From: Candidatus Levybacteria bacterium RIFCSPHIGHO2_01_FULL_41_15
Lineage (GTDB): Bacteria; Patescibacteriota; Microgenomatia; Levybacterales; UBA12049
NCBI GenBank assembly: GCA_001782165.1
Contig: MFNV01000002.1
Coordinates: 15,747 to 79,746, forward strand
Reading direction: 5' to 3'
Length of the DNA: 64,000 bases
Below are positions 22,694 through 32,635 of this stretch, in pieces. A program made the position numbers and the translations under genes. The notes under the pieces are model-generated. The model saw nothing but the letters and a program-made list of their open reading frames with translations, had not been told where the DNA came from and did not search any database. Numbering within the stretch: position 1 is the stretch's first letter; each line of letters opens with the position of its first letter.

Positions 22694-23719
22694 TTATACA
22701 TTTCTTGTGATTTTTCTGATTGTTTCTATTGCAAAATTAATAGCATATTTTGGGTAATTAAGTATAAGGTCTTGGGCATGAAGATATTCTATTTCTTCTC
22801 CCCCAAAGCCTCTTTTAAAAAGAGAAAGTCCAAAAAATCTGTGGCGTTGATTGTTTTCAGGTGATACCCCCCATAAATTATAACGGCTCATGTCTCGTTT
22901 TTTGGCTTCTAAAATCGCCTCCCATTGAATAAGATATGATCCTGGATGATCTCTTCCCTCCTCTGTCGATGCTCCATAGTGATAAACTGCCTCATTTCCA
23001 TAAAAGATGATAAAAGCCACAGCTAAAAGTTTATTTTTAAAAAATGCTTTATATATTAAAGCCGCGTTTATTTGTGAAAACGTCTTGAACTGTTCATGCA
23101 AATATCTATGAGAGAAGGGAATAAATTTTTGTCTCTTCGATGTTTGAATCTGAAGATCATAAAATTTTTTTATTTCTTTGGGATCTTGAGAAGTTACAAT
23201 TCTTAGTCCTTCTTTTTCTGCCTTTTTTATTTCATAGCGCGTGGTTTTTCTCATCTGTTTTAAAAGTTCTTCTTCTGGCTTTTTGATATCAAGTTGGGAT
23301 GTTAATTCTGCATGAAGGTGCATTGGTGCATCAATAAACCCATATTTCTTGAAGATATTTTTTGAAAAATCGGAAGATAAGAGTTGTGGCCTTACTCTTA
23401 TGAAACCACAGTCATTAAGATATGCGATTTTTTTAATTTCTTTGATAAAAGTATCGACAATTTCATCATCTTTCCAATCAATAATGGGACCCCCGGGCAC
23501 TATCAGATGCTTGCCTCTCTTGGCGTCCTCAACTATTGAGAGCAGTACGCCATCAAGCTTATTATTTCTGAAAAACCCTATCCTTTCAATTTTCTGTCCG
23601 AGATTTTCATAAAACTGTCCCCAATGCCATGAATGAAGAAAATTGGCTTCCTCATGAAAGGCTATAAAATCTTCCCATTCTTTTTTGTCTTCAATTTTTT
23701 TGGTTGTTATTTTACCCAT
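22694..23719 (-). CDS. FemAB/BioF2-like acyltransferase-fold protein (putative peptidoglycan interpeptide aminoacyltransferase)
   Basis: 341 aa; general resemblance to the FemABX family; sits in a cell-wall gene cluster. Confidence 0.45.
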   Translation of the reverse strand: MGKITTKKIEDKKEWEDFIAFHEEANFLHSWHWGQFYENLGQKIERIGFFRNNKLDGVLLSIVEDAKRGKHLIVPGGPIIDWKDDEIVDTFIKEIKKIAYLNDCGFIRVRPQLLSSDFSKNIFKKYGFIDAPMHLHAELTSQLDIKKPEEELLKQMRKTTRYEIKKAEKEGLRIVTSQDPKEIKKFYDLQIQTSKRQKFIPFSHRYLHEQFKTFSQINAALIYKAFFKNKLLAVAFIIFYGNEAVYHYGASTEEGRDHPGSYLIQWEAILEAKKRDMSRYNLWGVSPENNQRHRFFGLSLFKRGFGGEEIEYLHAQDLILNYPKYAINFAIETIRKITRNV

Positions 23720-24885
23720 TCATTAATAAGTTTTGCCAAATAAAGAGCTTGAATTTCTGAAATATTTCTGTGGGTCGGAAGATTAAAAATCTTCCCTGAG
23801 ATTTTCTCAGCCCTTGAACAGTCCCCTTTATAATTTGTAAGTTTAGCAAATTTTTTTGGAGCGATCGGATAGTCATACCAAATATCGGATAGGTAAAAGC
23901 CCTCCCTTTTTAAAATTTTTATAAGTTCATCCCGTTTTTCTATAAATATTGGAAATCTAAGACTAGAAGATTTTCTTGTATTGTTTGCTATTTCTTTTGA
24001 TAAAATTTGGGAATTAAGGTTTTTGCTGTAAATCTCTGAAATTTTTCTTCTATGATTAAGGTCTCCTCCCAAATTTTTAAAAGATTTTAAAATTAAGCCT
24101 GAGTAAAAACCGGGAAGACTTAAAAGACTATAATTGGTTCTATCCATGGGGACTGACAGTAAATTTGTTTTCCTCAAAACAAAATGTATGATTTTCCCCA
24201 ATCTTAAATCGTACGTTTTTCTAATAACGAAAGTGAGTAAGGGATAAAGAGTATCAGTAAGCTGTTTGTAAAAAGGAGGATTCTTAAAGCTTTGTAGAGT
24301 TTTTTGAAATTTCTTATGTCTTATTATCAATGCACCGCCTGATACCCCGTCAACGATTTTGTCCTGGCTGAAAGAAAGTACTGTAAAATCGCCAACTGTT
24401 CCCGCTTCCCTTCCATTCTTGTAAATTGTTCCGATTGAGTGGGCAAGATCTTCAATAAGAATAATGCTTTCCTCTTTGCATAATTTTGAAATGTTTTCAA
24501 TATCACAAGGGTAACCTAGGGTATTTTGGACAATCACCGCTTTAATATTCGGATTTTTTTGAATTTTTTTCCTCAAATTTGCGGCATCGAAATTTAATTT
24601 TCCTAGTGGTAAATCAATGTACTCTGTTTCATATCCTGCTTTTTTAATCCCATCATATACTGCATAACAGGTAAGCCCATTTATTGCAACAAGAGAGTTT
24701 GGGGGGAGGTTAGAAAGTTTTAAAGCAAGCGTTATTGCTTGTCTTCCTTTGAATAACAAAATAGCCTCGCCTTGATATTTTTTCTCAAGAAACTTTATTA
24801 ATTCATTTCTTAAATCATGGGAAAAAAGAGATTTTAGAACAAAATTAAAATCATAATTTGAGCCAAGAGAATTAAATATGCTCAT
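23707..24885 (-). CDS. DegT/DnrJ/EryC1/StrS-family PLP-dependent aminotransferase
   Basis: SFSQDK PLP-lysine motif and fold-type I aminotransferase layout. Confidence 0.65.
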   Translation of the reverse strand: MSIFNSLGSNYDFNFVLKSLFSHDLRNELIKFLEKKYQGEAILLFKGRQAITLALKLSNLPPNSLVAINGLTCYAVYDGIKKAGYETEYIDLPLGKLNFDAANLRKKIQKNPNIKAVIVQNTLGYPCDIENISKLCKEESIILIEDLAHSIGTIYKNGREAGTVGDFTVLSFSQDKIVDGVSGGALIIRHKKFQKTLQSFKNPPFYKQLTDTLYPLLTFVIRKTYDLRLGKIIHFVLRKTNLLSVPMDRTNYSLLSLPGFYSGLILKSFKNLGGDLNHRRKISEIYSKNLNSQILSKEIANNTRKSSSLRFPIFIEKRDELIKILKREGFYLSDIWYDYPIAPKKFAKLTNYKGDCSRAEKISGKIFNLPTHRNISEIQALYLAKLINEWVK

Positions 24886-25625
24886 AGAAAATTTGAAATA
24901 ATTCCTGCAGTTTCTTCGGGATTTGTGAATTGAGGGGAATGGCGGGCATTATTGATTATATATAATTTGCTATTGATTATTTTTTGATTTAATATTTTCG
25001 CATCAGATAAAGGAGTAATAGAATCTTTTCTTCCCCATATTATAATAGTAGAAGCAAGTATTTTTTCTATTTCAAGAGTTTTGTCTGCCTCCATTAGATT
25101 TATCATTGTTTTTTTCATGTTTTCGGAGGCATCTTTGTAGTCGGTCTCTCTTGCCAGAAAATATAAAAGGTTTTTCGCTGTTTTTGATGATAAAAATTTT
25201 CTTCCGGTTTTTGCAATTGCTTTAAACACCACTCTTTTAACTTTTAGGGGCAGTTTGTCATGAAAAACTCCGGCACTGTCAATTAAAACTAGTTTTGAGA
25301 TCTTATCTTGATATTTTAGGGCAAAAGCCATGGCAATACGTCCTCCATTTGAATGCCCGATCAGATTAATGCTTCCTGTTTCATTTTTAACTATATTAAA
25401 AAGCCAATCTACATAGTCTTCAAGCGTCCATGGATTTTCTATTTTTTTAGTCAAGCCCGGAATCTTAAGGAGTACAGGATTTAGCTTACTCTGTTTAAGA
25501 TGAGCAATAAAAGGGCTCCACTTTTCAAGCGAATAAGTCCAGCCATGGAGTATGTATATTGATGGTTGATGATTGAGGATTGATGATTTTCTCATAAGCC
25601 GAATTTTTTTCTTCTTTTCTCCCAC
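24882..25625 (-). CDS. alpha/beta-fold hydrolase
   Basis: Nucleophile elbow LIGHSNGG. Confidence 0.6.
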   Translation of the reverse strand: MGEKKKKIRLMRKSSILNHQPSIYILHGWTYSLEKWSPFIAHLKQSKLNPVLLKIPGLTKKIENPWTLEDYVDWLFNIVKNETGSINLIGHSNGGRIAMAFALKYQDKISKLVLIDSAGVFHDKLPLKVKRVVFKAIAKTGRKFLSSKTAKNLLYFLARETDYKDASENMKKTMINLMEADKTLEIEKILASTIIIWGRKDSITPLSDAKILNQKIINSKLYIINNARHSPQFTNPEETAGIISNFL

Positions 25626-26899
25626 ACTTTTTCTCTCCGGGGCAATTTATCTATATTTCTTTTATCCTCAAGGAGATTTTCTATAACGCCTTCTAGAAAT
25701 CTTGCCCCTTTAAATAAAATTGTCTCTCCCCCTCTTAGATTCTTTTCAATATATGAAAGAGCTTCCTTGGGCATTATAAAACTCACGACTTTTTTGTCAT
25801 TAGTTCTTAGTTTTTCGTTCTTAGTTCTTAGTTTTGTATACGTATACTTAGAGAGTCTTGGACCAACCAAAATGATTTTTCTTGCTTTTATCTTTGCAAT
25901 TTTTTCAGAAAGGTTCTCATGCTCCTCTCTCTCCTCATTTCCAAGTTCAATCATGTCTCCTAGAACCAGCCACTTATCTTTTGAGGGATAGGTGGAAAAC
26001 ATATTTAGCACAGCACTAACAGCTTCAGGAGTTGCATTGTAAGTGCTGTCTATAATAGTAGTGTTTTTAATTCCATTAAAGATTTTGCTTCTGCCAGGCG
26101 GAATTGAAAAATTTTTAAAACTAAGGTCAGCTTTTATATTCAGTTTATCAAGAACTACGAACATCATTTGAAGAGAGTAAAAAAATTCTTTGGGAAGGAG
26201 AAATTTAAATTCAAAAGTTTTGTCTTCCGTACGGTAAACCGTACCGCTGTACCCTACCTTATACTCTTTAAGATTCTTAATGCTTATTTTTACGACTTTC
26301 CCTTTTGCTCTTTTCAGTTCTTCGGCAATAAAATTTAAGTCCCCATTTACAACAGCAAGTTCTGAAGTTTTTTCTATAAAAAAACCATATTCAAATGCAA
26401 TAGCCTTCTCAACTTTCCTAAATTTCCCCTTTGTAGCTTCCGAGTTAAAGTTTGCAGTATGCGTTCGGCTTACCCCTGTCCAAAGGGTTATTTTGGGTTT
26501 AAGAAGCGTTGCCAAGAATTTTCCTTCTCCTGGCCTGTCGCAATCCGTCTCGACAACATAAAATTTTTCACTCGGATTTTTCTTAAAAAGCATAAAGGGA
26601 GCAAGAATAAACAAAAACAGCCATTCATAGACCATTAAAGTTTTTCTTTTAAGACCTAGAATATCAAAGGGAACGCCATAAGAGCTGTTTGCAAGGTGCG
26701 AATACTTTGCCTTATTCCCCATCTGGGATTCTATAAGATGAAGAAGAGTAGTTTTGCCGCTTGAGCCTGTCACTACTATTATATAAGGTTTCCATCGCAA
26801 TAATTTTAGCTTTGCAAGAAATCGGAAGTAATGAGCTCCCGGAAAGTAAAAAAAATTTTTAAGCTTTGAAAGCATGAATGATAACTCTAATTCTATCAA
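25592..26899 (-). CDS. Mur ligase family protein (MurF-like UDP-MurNAc-peptide ligase)
   Basis: ATP-binding loop VTGSSGKTT, DSTYNATPEAV motif. Confidence 0.7.
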   Translation of the reverse strand: MIELELSFMLSKLKNFFYFPGAHYFRFLAKLKLLRWKPYIIVVTGSSGKTTLLHLIESQMGNKAKYSHLANSSYGVPFDILGLKRKTLMVYEWLFLFILAPFMLFKKNPSEKFYVVETDCDRPGEGKFLATLLKPKITLWTGVSRTHTANFNSEATKGKFRKVEKAIAFEYGFFIEKTSELAVVNGDLNFIAEELKRAKGKVVKISIKNLKEYKVGYSGTVYRTEDKTFEFKFLLPKEFFYSLQMMFVVLDKLNIKADLSFKNFSIPPGRSKIFNGIKNTTIIDSTYNATPEAVSAVLNMFSTYPSKDKWLVLGDMIELGNEEREEHENLSEKIAKIKARKIILVGPRLSKYTYTKLRTKNEKLRTNDKKVVSFIMPKEALSYIEKNLRGGETILFKGARFLEGVIENLLEDKRNIDKLPRREKVWEKRRKKFGL

Positions 26900-26922
26900 A
26901 AAAGACAGAAAAGATCGAAAAT

Positions 26923-27573
26923 TTAGAGAGAAATGAGGGTGTTTTCAAGGATGAGGCGGGGACTGACATTGGTAGTCTTTATAATAGTGTGTGCTTCCTG
27001 AAGCTTTTTAATGACTTTTGCCGTTTTTTCAAAAGGTTTATTTTTTGCAATCTCCTCAAGAAGTTTTTTTCGACCTCCCAGTATCATTTTTTCAAGCCAC
27101 AAAGCTCCCTCGTCTCTAGTTTTCCCAAAATCCTGCGCTATCTTAAGCCTTTTCCCTGCCCTATCCAAGTTTAATATTTCCAAGAAATCCCCAAGATCCT
27201 GTTCTTCTATTTTTATTTCACTTTTCAGTTCTATTATTTTGCATCTTGATAAAACTGTGGGCAACAAATTAGTACTTTGAACAACCAGAATTATAATAGT
27301 GTTTTCAGGGGGTTCTTCGAGAATCTTTAAAAGTGCGTTTTGAGCTTCAATTGTAAAACCATTTGAAGATGCAAGAATTACGGCTTTTGACCTTCCTCTT
27401 ATGGGTTTTAGGAATATTTTTTTGTGAATATTTCTTACATCTTCTATTCCTGCGGTTTTTTCAAATTCTTCTCTTGTGATGTCTAACTCTTCGATCTTAA
27501 GTTCTCTGCAAATATCAAAAGCCTTTGTGACTCCTTTTTCTTTATTTTTTGAGGCTATTAAAACGGATTGCAT
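26923..27573 (-). CDS. holB: DNA polymerase III delta-prime subunit-like AAA+ protein
   Basis: LLKILEEPPENTIIILV and SRC motif. Confidence 0.7.
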   Translation of the reverse strand: MQSVLIASKNKEKGVTKAFDICRELKIEELDITREEFEKTAGIEDVRNIHKKIFLKPIRGRSKAVILASSNGFTIEAQNALLKILEEPPENTIIILVVQSTNLLPTVLSRCKIIELKSEIKIEEQDLGDFLEILNLDRAGKRLKIAQDFGKTRDEGALWLEKMILGGRKKLLEEIAKNKPFEKTAKVIKKLQEAHTIIKTTNVSPRLILENTLISL

Positions 27574-27574
27574 A

Positions 27575-27690
27575 GATTATGGTTTCTTGACCCCGTAAGC
27601 TCTTGCCACTTCGCTTTTTCATCCGCCAGCTGGCGGAACGCTTCGTGGCGTGTGAAAGCGGGGTCTGCGGCAACCTCGCCTCGGCGTTGC
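27575..27690. promoter_or_regulatory. GC-rich multi-hairpin element between divergent holB and pilB
   Basis: Perfect palindrome CCGCCAGCTGGCGG, stems CGCTTC/GAAGCG and GGCAAC/GTTGCC, all enclosed by CCCCG...CGGGG; followed by TTGACA-N18-TAGTAT promoter-like hexamers before pilB. Confidence 0.4.
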
Positions 27691-27728
27691 CTTGACATTA
27701 TAGCTTAATTTTCCTTAGTATAGAAGTA

Positions 27729-29477
27729 ATGCCCAACCAGGACACAAATGCATCTTTATCATCAGGAAATCTATCATCAGGAAGTCTTCTTGATGTTCTT
27801 CTTTCAGACCATCTTATTACACCTGCGCAAGCAGATGAGATAAAAGTAAAGAGTGCGAGCCTTAATAAACCGTATGAAGATACTCTTGTTTCCTTAGGTT
27901 TGGTTTCTTCTGAGAAGCTGGCAGAAGTAAAGGCCAAGCTTTACGGCGTTCCCTTTATCTCTCTTGCCTCTTTTTCTTTTTCTCCTTTGGCTTTGAGTAT
28001 GATTCCTCGAGCTGTTGCAGAGAGATTCCGTCTTATTCCATTTCTGTTTGATGAAAAAACAAGAACCTTGTCAATCGCCATGGCAAATCCTGTTGACCTT
28101 GAAGCACTTGAGTTTGTAAGACAGAAAACTGGTCTTGATATAAAAATTTTTGCCACTTCCGAAGATGAATTAAAAAAAGTGATAGATCAACAATATAAAC
28201 AGGGAATTGTTGGAGAAGTCGGAAAAGCTATAAAGGAGACTACAGAATTAACTAAGCCCCGCACTATAGACAGCAGGGAAATAGCAGAGATTATTAAAGA
28301 GGCGCCTATTGCCAAGATTGTTTCAACCATTCTTGAGTATGCAGTTTCAAGCAGAGCTTCCGATGTTCACATAGAACCTCAGGAAGACAGAATCAGAGTA
28401 AGATACAGAATAGACGGAATTTTGTACGACCGGTTAAGCCTCCCAAAAACAGTACAAGAAGCAGTAATATCACGTACCAAAATTCTTTCAAATATGAAAA
28501 TTGACGAACATAGGATTCCGCAAGACGGGAGATTTAACTTTAAAGCAGAGAACAATGAGGTTGATCTTCGTATTTCAGTAATGCCGACAGCTTTTGGTGA
28601 AAAAATTGTAATGAGACTTCTTAGGAAGTCAGGAGGAGTGCCGACTCTTCCTGATCTTGGGCTTTCCGGGATTTCTCTTAAGAATTTGGAAACAGCTACT
28701 TTAAGACCCCATGGAATAATAATAGTCTGCGGTCCGACGGGATCGGGGAAAACTACTACTCTTTATTCAGTTTTAGAGAAACTAAATACTTCCCGCGTTA
28801 ATATAATGACACTTGAGGATCCTATTGAGTATCAAATGACAGGGGTTAATCAAGTTCAGATAAATCCCGCAGTTGGTCTTACTTTCGCAACAGGACTTAG
28901 GTCATTCCTCAGGCAAGATCCGAATATAATACTGGTCGGAGAAATAAGAGACAAGGAAACAACAGAACTTGCTATTCAAGCGGCACTTACCGGTCATCTG
29001 GTTTTTTCCACTCTTCATACTTCAAATGCCTCAGGAGCCCTTCCTCGCCTTGTCGATCTGGGAGCAGAAACTTTTCTTCTTTCATCCACCATGAATGCAA
29101 TCGTGGGACAGAGAATAATAAGAAAAATCTGTCTCTATTGCAAGGAAGCAAATGTTCCCCTAAGACCGATAATTGAAGAAATAAGAAATGTTTTGGGAAA
29201 ACTGTTTCCTTCCTCAAACGGACAAGAGATAAAAATTTATAGAGGAAAAGGATGTGAAAAATGCGGAGGATTCGGGTATTTGGGAAGGATAGGAATATTT
29301 GAAGTCCTTCCCGTGTCAAACAAAATCTCAAGCCTAATACTTGAACATCCGGATAGTGCGACAGTTGAGAAGGAAGCGGTTTTGGAAGGAATGATAACAA
29401 TGAAGCAAGATGGTTATCTTAAGGTTCTTGCGGGAATTACGACTCCCGAGGAAGTTATAAGAGTAGCACAGGAATAA
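27729..29477 (+). CDS. pilB: type IV pilus assembly ATPase PilB (GspE family)
   Basis: N-terminal T2SSE_N domain, Walker A GPTGSGKTTT, Asp and His boxes, C-terminal tetracysteine. Confidence 0.9.
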   Translation: MPNQDTNASLSSGNLSSGSLLDVLLSDHLITPAQADEIKVKSASLNKPYEDTLVSLGLVSSEKLAEVKAKLYGVPFISLASFSFSPLALSMIPRAVAERFRLIPFLFDEKTRTLSIAMANPVDLEALEFVRQKTGLDIKIFATSEDELKKVIDQQYKQGIVGEVGKAIKETTELTKPRTIDSREIAEIIKEAPIAKIVSTILEYAVSSRASDVHIEPQEDRIRVRYRIDGILYDRLSLPKTVQEAVISRTKILSNMKIDEHRIPQDGRFNFKAENNEVDLRISVMPTAFGEKIVMRLLRKSGGVPTLPDLGLSGISLKNLETATLRPHGIIIVCGPTGSGKTTTLYSVLEKLNTSRVNIMTLEDPIEYQMTGVNQVQINPAVGLTFATGLRSFLRQDPNIILVGEIRDKETTELAIQAALTGHLVFSTLHTSNASGALPRLVDLGAETFLLSSTMNAIVGQRIIRKICLYCKEANVPLRPIIEEIRNVLGKLFPSSNGQEIKIYRGKGCEKCGGFGYLGRIGIFEVLPVSNKISSLILEHPDSATVEKEAVLEGMITMKQDGYLKVLAGITTPEEVIRVAQE

Positions 29478-29522
29478 AAATAATTTGAAATTTAAAATTT
29501 AAAATTTGAAATTTTATAGGGT

Positions 29523-30596
29523 ATGGATATTCAAAATCTTTTACATTTGACGGTTACAAATAAAGCTTCTGATCTTCATCTTGTCCCAGGTTCGCCTCCT
29601 GCTATGAGAGTTGATGGATCATTGAATTATCTCTCCAACTCCCCTCCTCTTTCCAAGGAGGAAGTTGAAACAATGATTTTTTCTCTAATAAATTCCTTTC
29701 AAAAAGATAAATTTCTCAAAGAGAAAGAGCTTGATTTTTCTTTTGATTTCGGTGGGGAAACTCAGGGGAATCTGGGGAGATTTAGAGCCAATCTATACTT
29801 TCAAAAAAGATTGATGTGTGCTGAGTTCAGGTTTCTTGAGCCTAGAATAAGAACTATTGAGGAGTTAAATCTTCCCAAAATTCTTCACAACTTCGCGTCT
29901 CTTAAGCAGGGATTTGTTTTGGTGACCGGTCCTACGGGGCATGGAAAATCAACAACGCTTGCAGCAATTATAAATGAAATAAATTTAGGCAGATCTGTCC
30001 ACATACTTACAATAGAGGATCCTGTTGAATATGTTTATCCCAAAGGTAGGAGTTTGATCTCACAAAGAGAAATGGGTTTGGATACAAATTCCTGGGAAGC
30101 GGCTTTAAAAGCAGCACTTAGAGAAGATCCCGATGTCGTTTTGATCGGTGAAATGAGAGATCCTGAAACAATTGCATCAGCCATGACAATAGCAGAAACC
30201 GGACATTTGGTGTTATCGACTCTTCATACAAATTCTGCTTCTCAAAGCATTGATAGAATTATAGATGTGTTTCCCTCAAATCAACAATCACAAATAAAAA
30301 CACAGCTTTCGGCAGTTCTTAAGGGAATTGTTTCTCAAAGACTCCTCCCCCAAATATCGGGCGGAAGAATCCCTGCTGTTGAGCTAATGCTTGGGACTCC
30401 TGCTGTTGCAAGCAATATTAGGGAAGGGAAAACTTATCTTATCGATTCGATTATTCAAAACTCTCAAGATATCGGAATGATTCCTCTTGAATCTTCGCTT
30501 TCCTCTCTGGTTCTTTCAGGAGCAATAAGTCTTGAAATAGCTAAAAGTTATGCTCTTCGCCAAGATGAACTCTTAAGACTTATAGGTTACATGTGA
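29523..30596 (+). CDS. pilT: twitching-motility retraction ATPase PilT
   Basis: Walker A GPTGHGKSTT, PilT-type C-terminus. Confidence 0.9.
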   Translation: MDIQNLLHLTVTNKASDLHLVPGSPPAMRVDGSLNYLSNSPPLSKEEVETMIFSLINSFQKDKFLKEKELDFSFDFGGETQGNLGRFRANLYFQKRLMCAEFRFLEPRIRTIEELNLPKILHNFASLKQGFVLVTGPTGHGKSTTLAAIINEINLGRSVHILTIEDPVEYVYPKGRSLISQREMGLDTNSWEAALKAALREDPDVVLIGEMRDPETIASAMTIAETGHLVLSTLHTNSASQSIDRIIDVFPSNQQSQIKTQLSAVLKGIVSQRLLPQISGGRIPAVELMLGTPAVASNIREGKTYLIDSIIQNSQDIGMIPLESSLSSLVLSGAISLEIAKSYALRQDELLRLIGYM

Positions 30597-31798
30597 AACT
30601 TAAATACAAAGCAATAACTAAAGACAATAAAATAATAAGAGGAATTATTGAGGCAAAGGACGAGAAAGAAGCTGTTTCATACCTTCGGTCAAAAGACCTA
30701 ATCCCCATAACAGTTACTTTGGACACAAAATATAGGCTGATTACATATATTCCCTTTTTTGGCAAAGTCGGGCAGGGAGATTTAGTTCTGTTTACAAGGC
30801 AACTTGCGGTAATGCTTAATTCAGGTCTCACTCTTTCAAATTCTCTCCATATCCTAAAAGAACAGACAGGAAATAACTTGATGCTTGATGTTATCAACAG
30901 GATAGTTACTGATACAGAAGAGGGAAAAACTTTTTCTTATGCCATTTCAAGGAATCCAGATGTATTTTCGCAAATCTATTTTTCGATTATAAAATCGGCG
31001 GAAACCTCAGGGCTTTTGGATAAGGCACTGCTTCGTCTTGCAGATAATCTTGAAAAACAGGTCAAACTGGAAAACACCATTAAAGGTGCCCTTCTGTACC
31101 CTTTAATAATTATTATTCTTATGATCGCTGTTGTATTTATAATGATGACTGTAGTTATACCCCAGCTCTCGGCCGTTTATAAAAGCCTTGATGTAAAACT
31201 CCCTCTTCCGACTCAAATAGTTATTGCCTTTTCCAATTTTTTTCTCATCTTCTGGCCTTTTTTGATAGGCATTTTCATTATCAGTATATTTATCTTCAGA
31301 CGGTGGCATAAAACAGAGGCGGGTAAATTGGTTATAGACAATCTCCTTTTAAAAATTCCTGTTTTTGGTAATCTTATTGCAAAGATTATACTTACGGAGT
31401 TTTCAAGGACACTAAGTCTTCTGATAGGATCAGGAACTTTGGTGGTTGATTCTCTTATGCAAACATCAGATACTCTGGGGAATATACATTACAAAAATGC
31501 AGTTGTTGACATTGCCAAGAAGGTTGAAAACGGAGTTGGCATAGGTGATGCTATATCATCATACAGTCTTTTTCCCGGAGTTCTCATCCAACTCGTAAAG
31601 ATTGGAGAGCAGACAGGAAAACTTGATGAAACTCTTATGAAAGCATCGGAGTATTTTGAGGAAGAAACAGATCAGGTTATAAAAACTCTTACAACTGCTT
31701 TTGAGCCTCTTATAATGGTAACCTTAGGACTTGGGGTTGCTTTTCTTCTAATTTCCGTAATAACACCAATATATAGTTTGATTTCAACAATTAAGTAG
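30593..31798 (+). CDS. pilC: type IV pilus platform protein PilC (GspF family)
   Basis: 401 aa, duplicated GspF domain with 3 TM helices. Confidence 0.9.
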   Translation: MKLKYKAITKDNKIIRGIIEAKDEKEAVSYLRSKDLIPITVTLDTKYRLITYIPFFGKVGQGDLVLFTRQLAVMLNSGLTLSNSLHILKEQTGNNLMLDVINRIVTDTEEGKTFSYAISRNPDVFSQIYFSIIKSAETSGLLDKALLRLADNLEKQVKLENTIKGALLYPLIIIILMIAVVFIMMTVVIPQLSAVYKSLDVKLPLPTQIVIAFSNFFLIFWPFLIGIFIISIFIFRRWHKTEAGKLVIDNLLLKIPVFGNLIAKIILTEFSRTLSLLIGSGTLVVDSLMQTSDTLGNIHYKNAVVDIAKKVENGVGIGDAISSYSLFPGVLIQLVKIGEQTGKLDETLMKASEYFEEETDQVIKTLTTAFEPLIMVTLGLGVAFLLISVITPIYSLISTIK

Positions 31799-31858
31799 CC
31801 TTATTTTGCCACTTGACAAGCCATAAAAAATCTGTTCATACTTATAATATACTAAAAA

Positions 31859-32440
31859 ATGAAAGGTTACCTGTCCAAACTTCTTAGAGAAAAAGTATCC
31901 CGCGGATTTACACTTATCGAACTTTTAGTCGTCATCGCAGTCTTGGGAGTTTTGGCAGCAATTGTTCTTCTGGCAGTTAACCCAGGTGAACAGTTAGCCC
32001 GGGCAAGAGACACAAACAGAGTTTCCGCAGTTACGCAGATTGGTCGCTCTCTTCAGTCCTATTACACTGCCCATAACGGCAAATATCCTGCACCAGCAAG
32101 CTATCTTACCACACTTCAAACGTCTCAAGATCTTAAAACTATTCCTACCAACCCTGCCGGAAGTGGAACAACTTGGGGTGACTGTACTGCTGTGACGGGT
32201 CCGCATGATCCACTTACACAGCAGGGAAACCAGAGTGGATGGTGCTATGTAGTAGATGATCCAACAGATCTTACTGAAACTATAGTATTCACGGGTCTTG
32301 AGTCTCAGCTAAATGATAGTAAGTGTGCAACCGGACAAACTGTATGGTGGGTATTCTCAACCCAAAATGGTAGAGGAGGATTTACCTGTACAGCAGATGC
32401 ATTAACAGCTCCAACTTTAAATCCAACCTTCGTCGAATAA
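31859..32440 (+). CDS. pilA: major type IV pilin
   Basis: Prepilin signal ...RG-FTLIELLVVIAVLGVLAAIVL, 193 aa. Confidence 0.75.
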   Translation: MKGYLSKLLREKVSRGFTLIELLVVIAVLGVLAAIVLLAVNPGEQLARARDTNRVSAVTQIGRSLQSYYTAHNGKYPAPASYLTTLQTSQDLKTIPTNPAGSGTTWGDCTAVTGPHDPLTQQGNQSGWCYVVDDPTDLTETIVFTGLESQLNDSKCATGQTVWWVFSTQNGRGGFTCTADALTAPTLNPTFVE

Positions 32441-32635
32441 TTCTCCTGAAAATATAAAGCATTCTTCGTCGCATCGCTTCGTCACCTCTTCGTCACACCG
32501 GGAATGAGTTAGTCTTGCTACATCGGTTGATAAGACTTCAGCCGGTCTGATATTTTAAATATATGCCAGGCAGACCTACGTTTTTAGTAAATGGTGAACA
32601 TTATCGTATTTGTGGATAACTGACAATGTCCGACC

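Noticed and set aside
27698-28156. Minus-strand ORFs 27698-27937 and 27941-28156
   Set aside because: They overlap the pilB 5' end and the GC-rich leader element. pilB has an unambiguous N-terminal domain in the plus frame.
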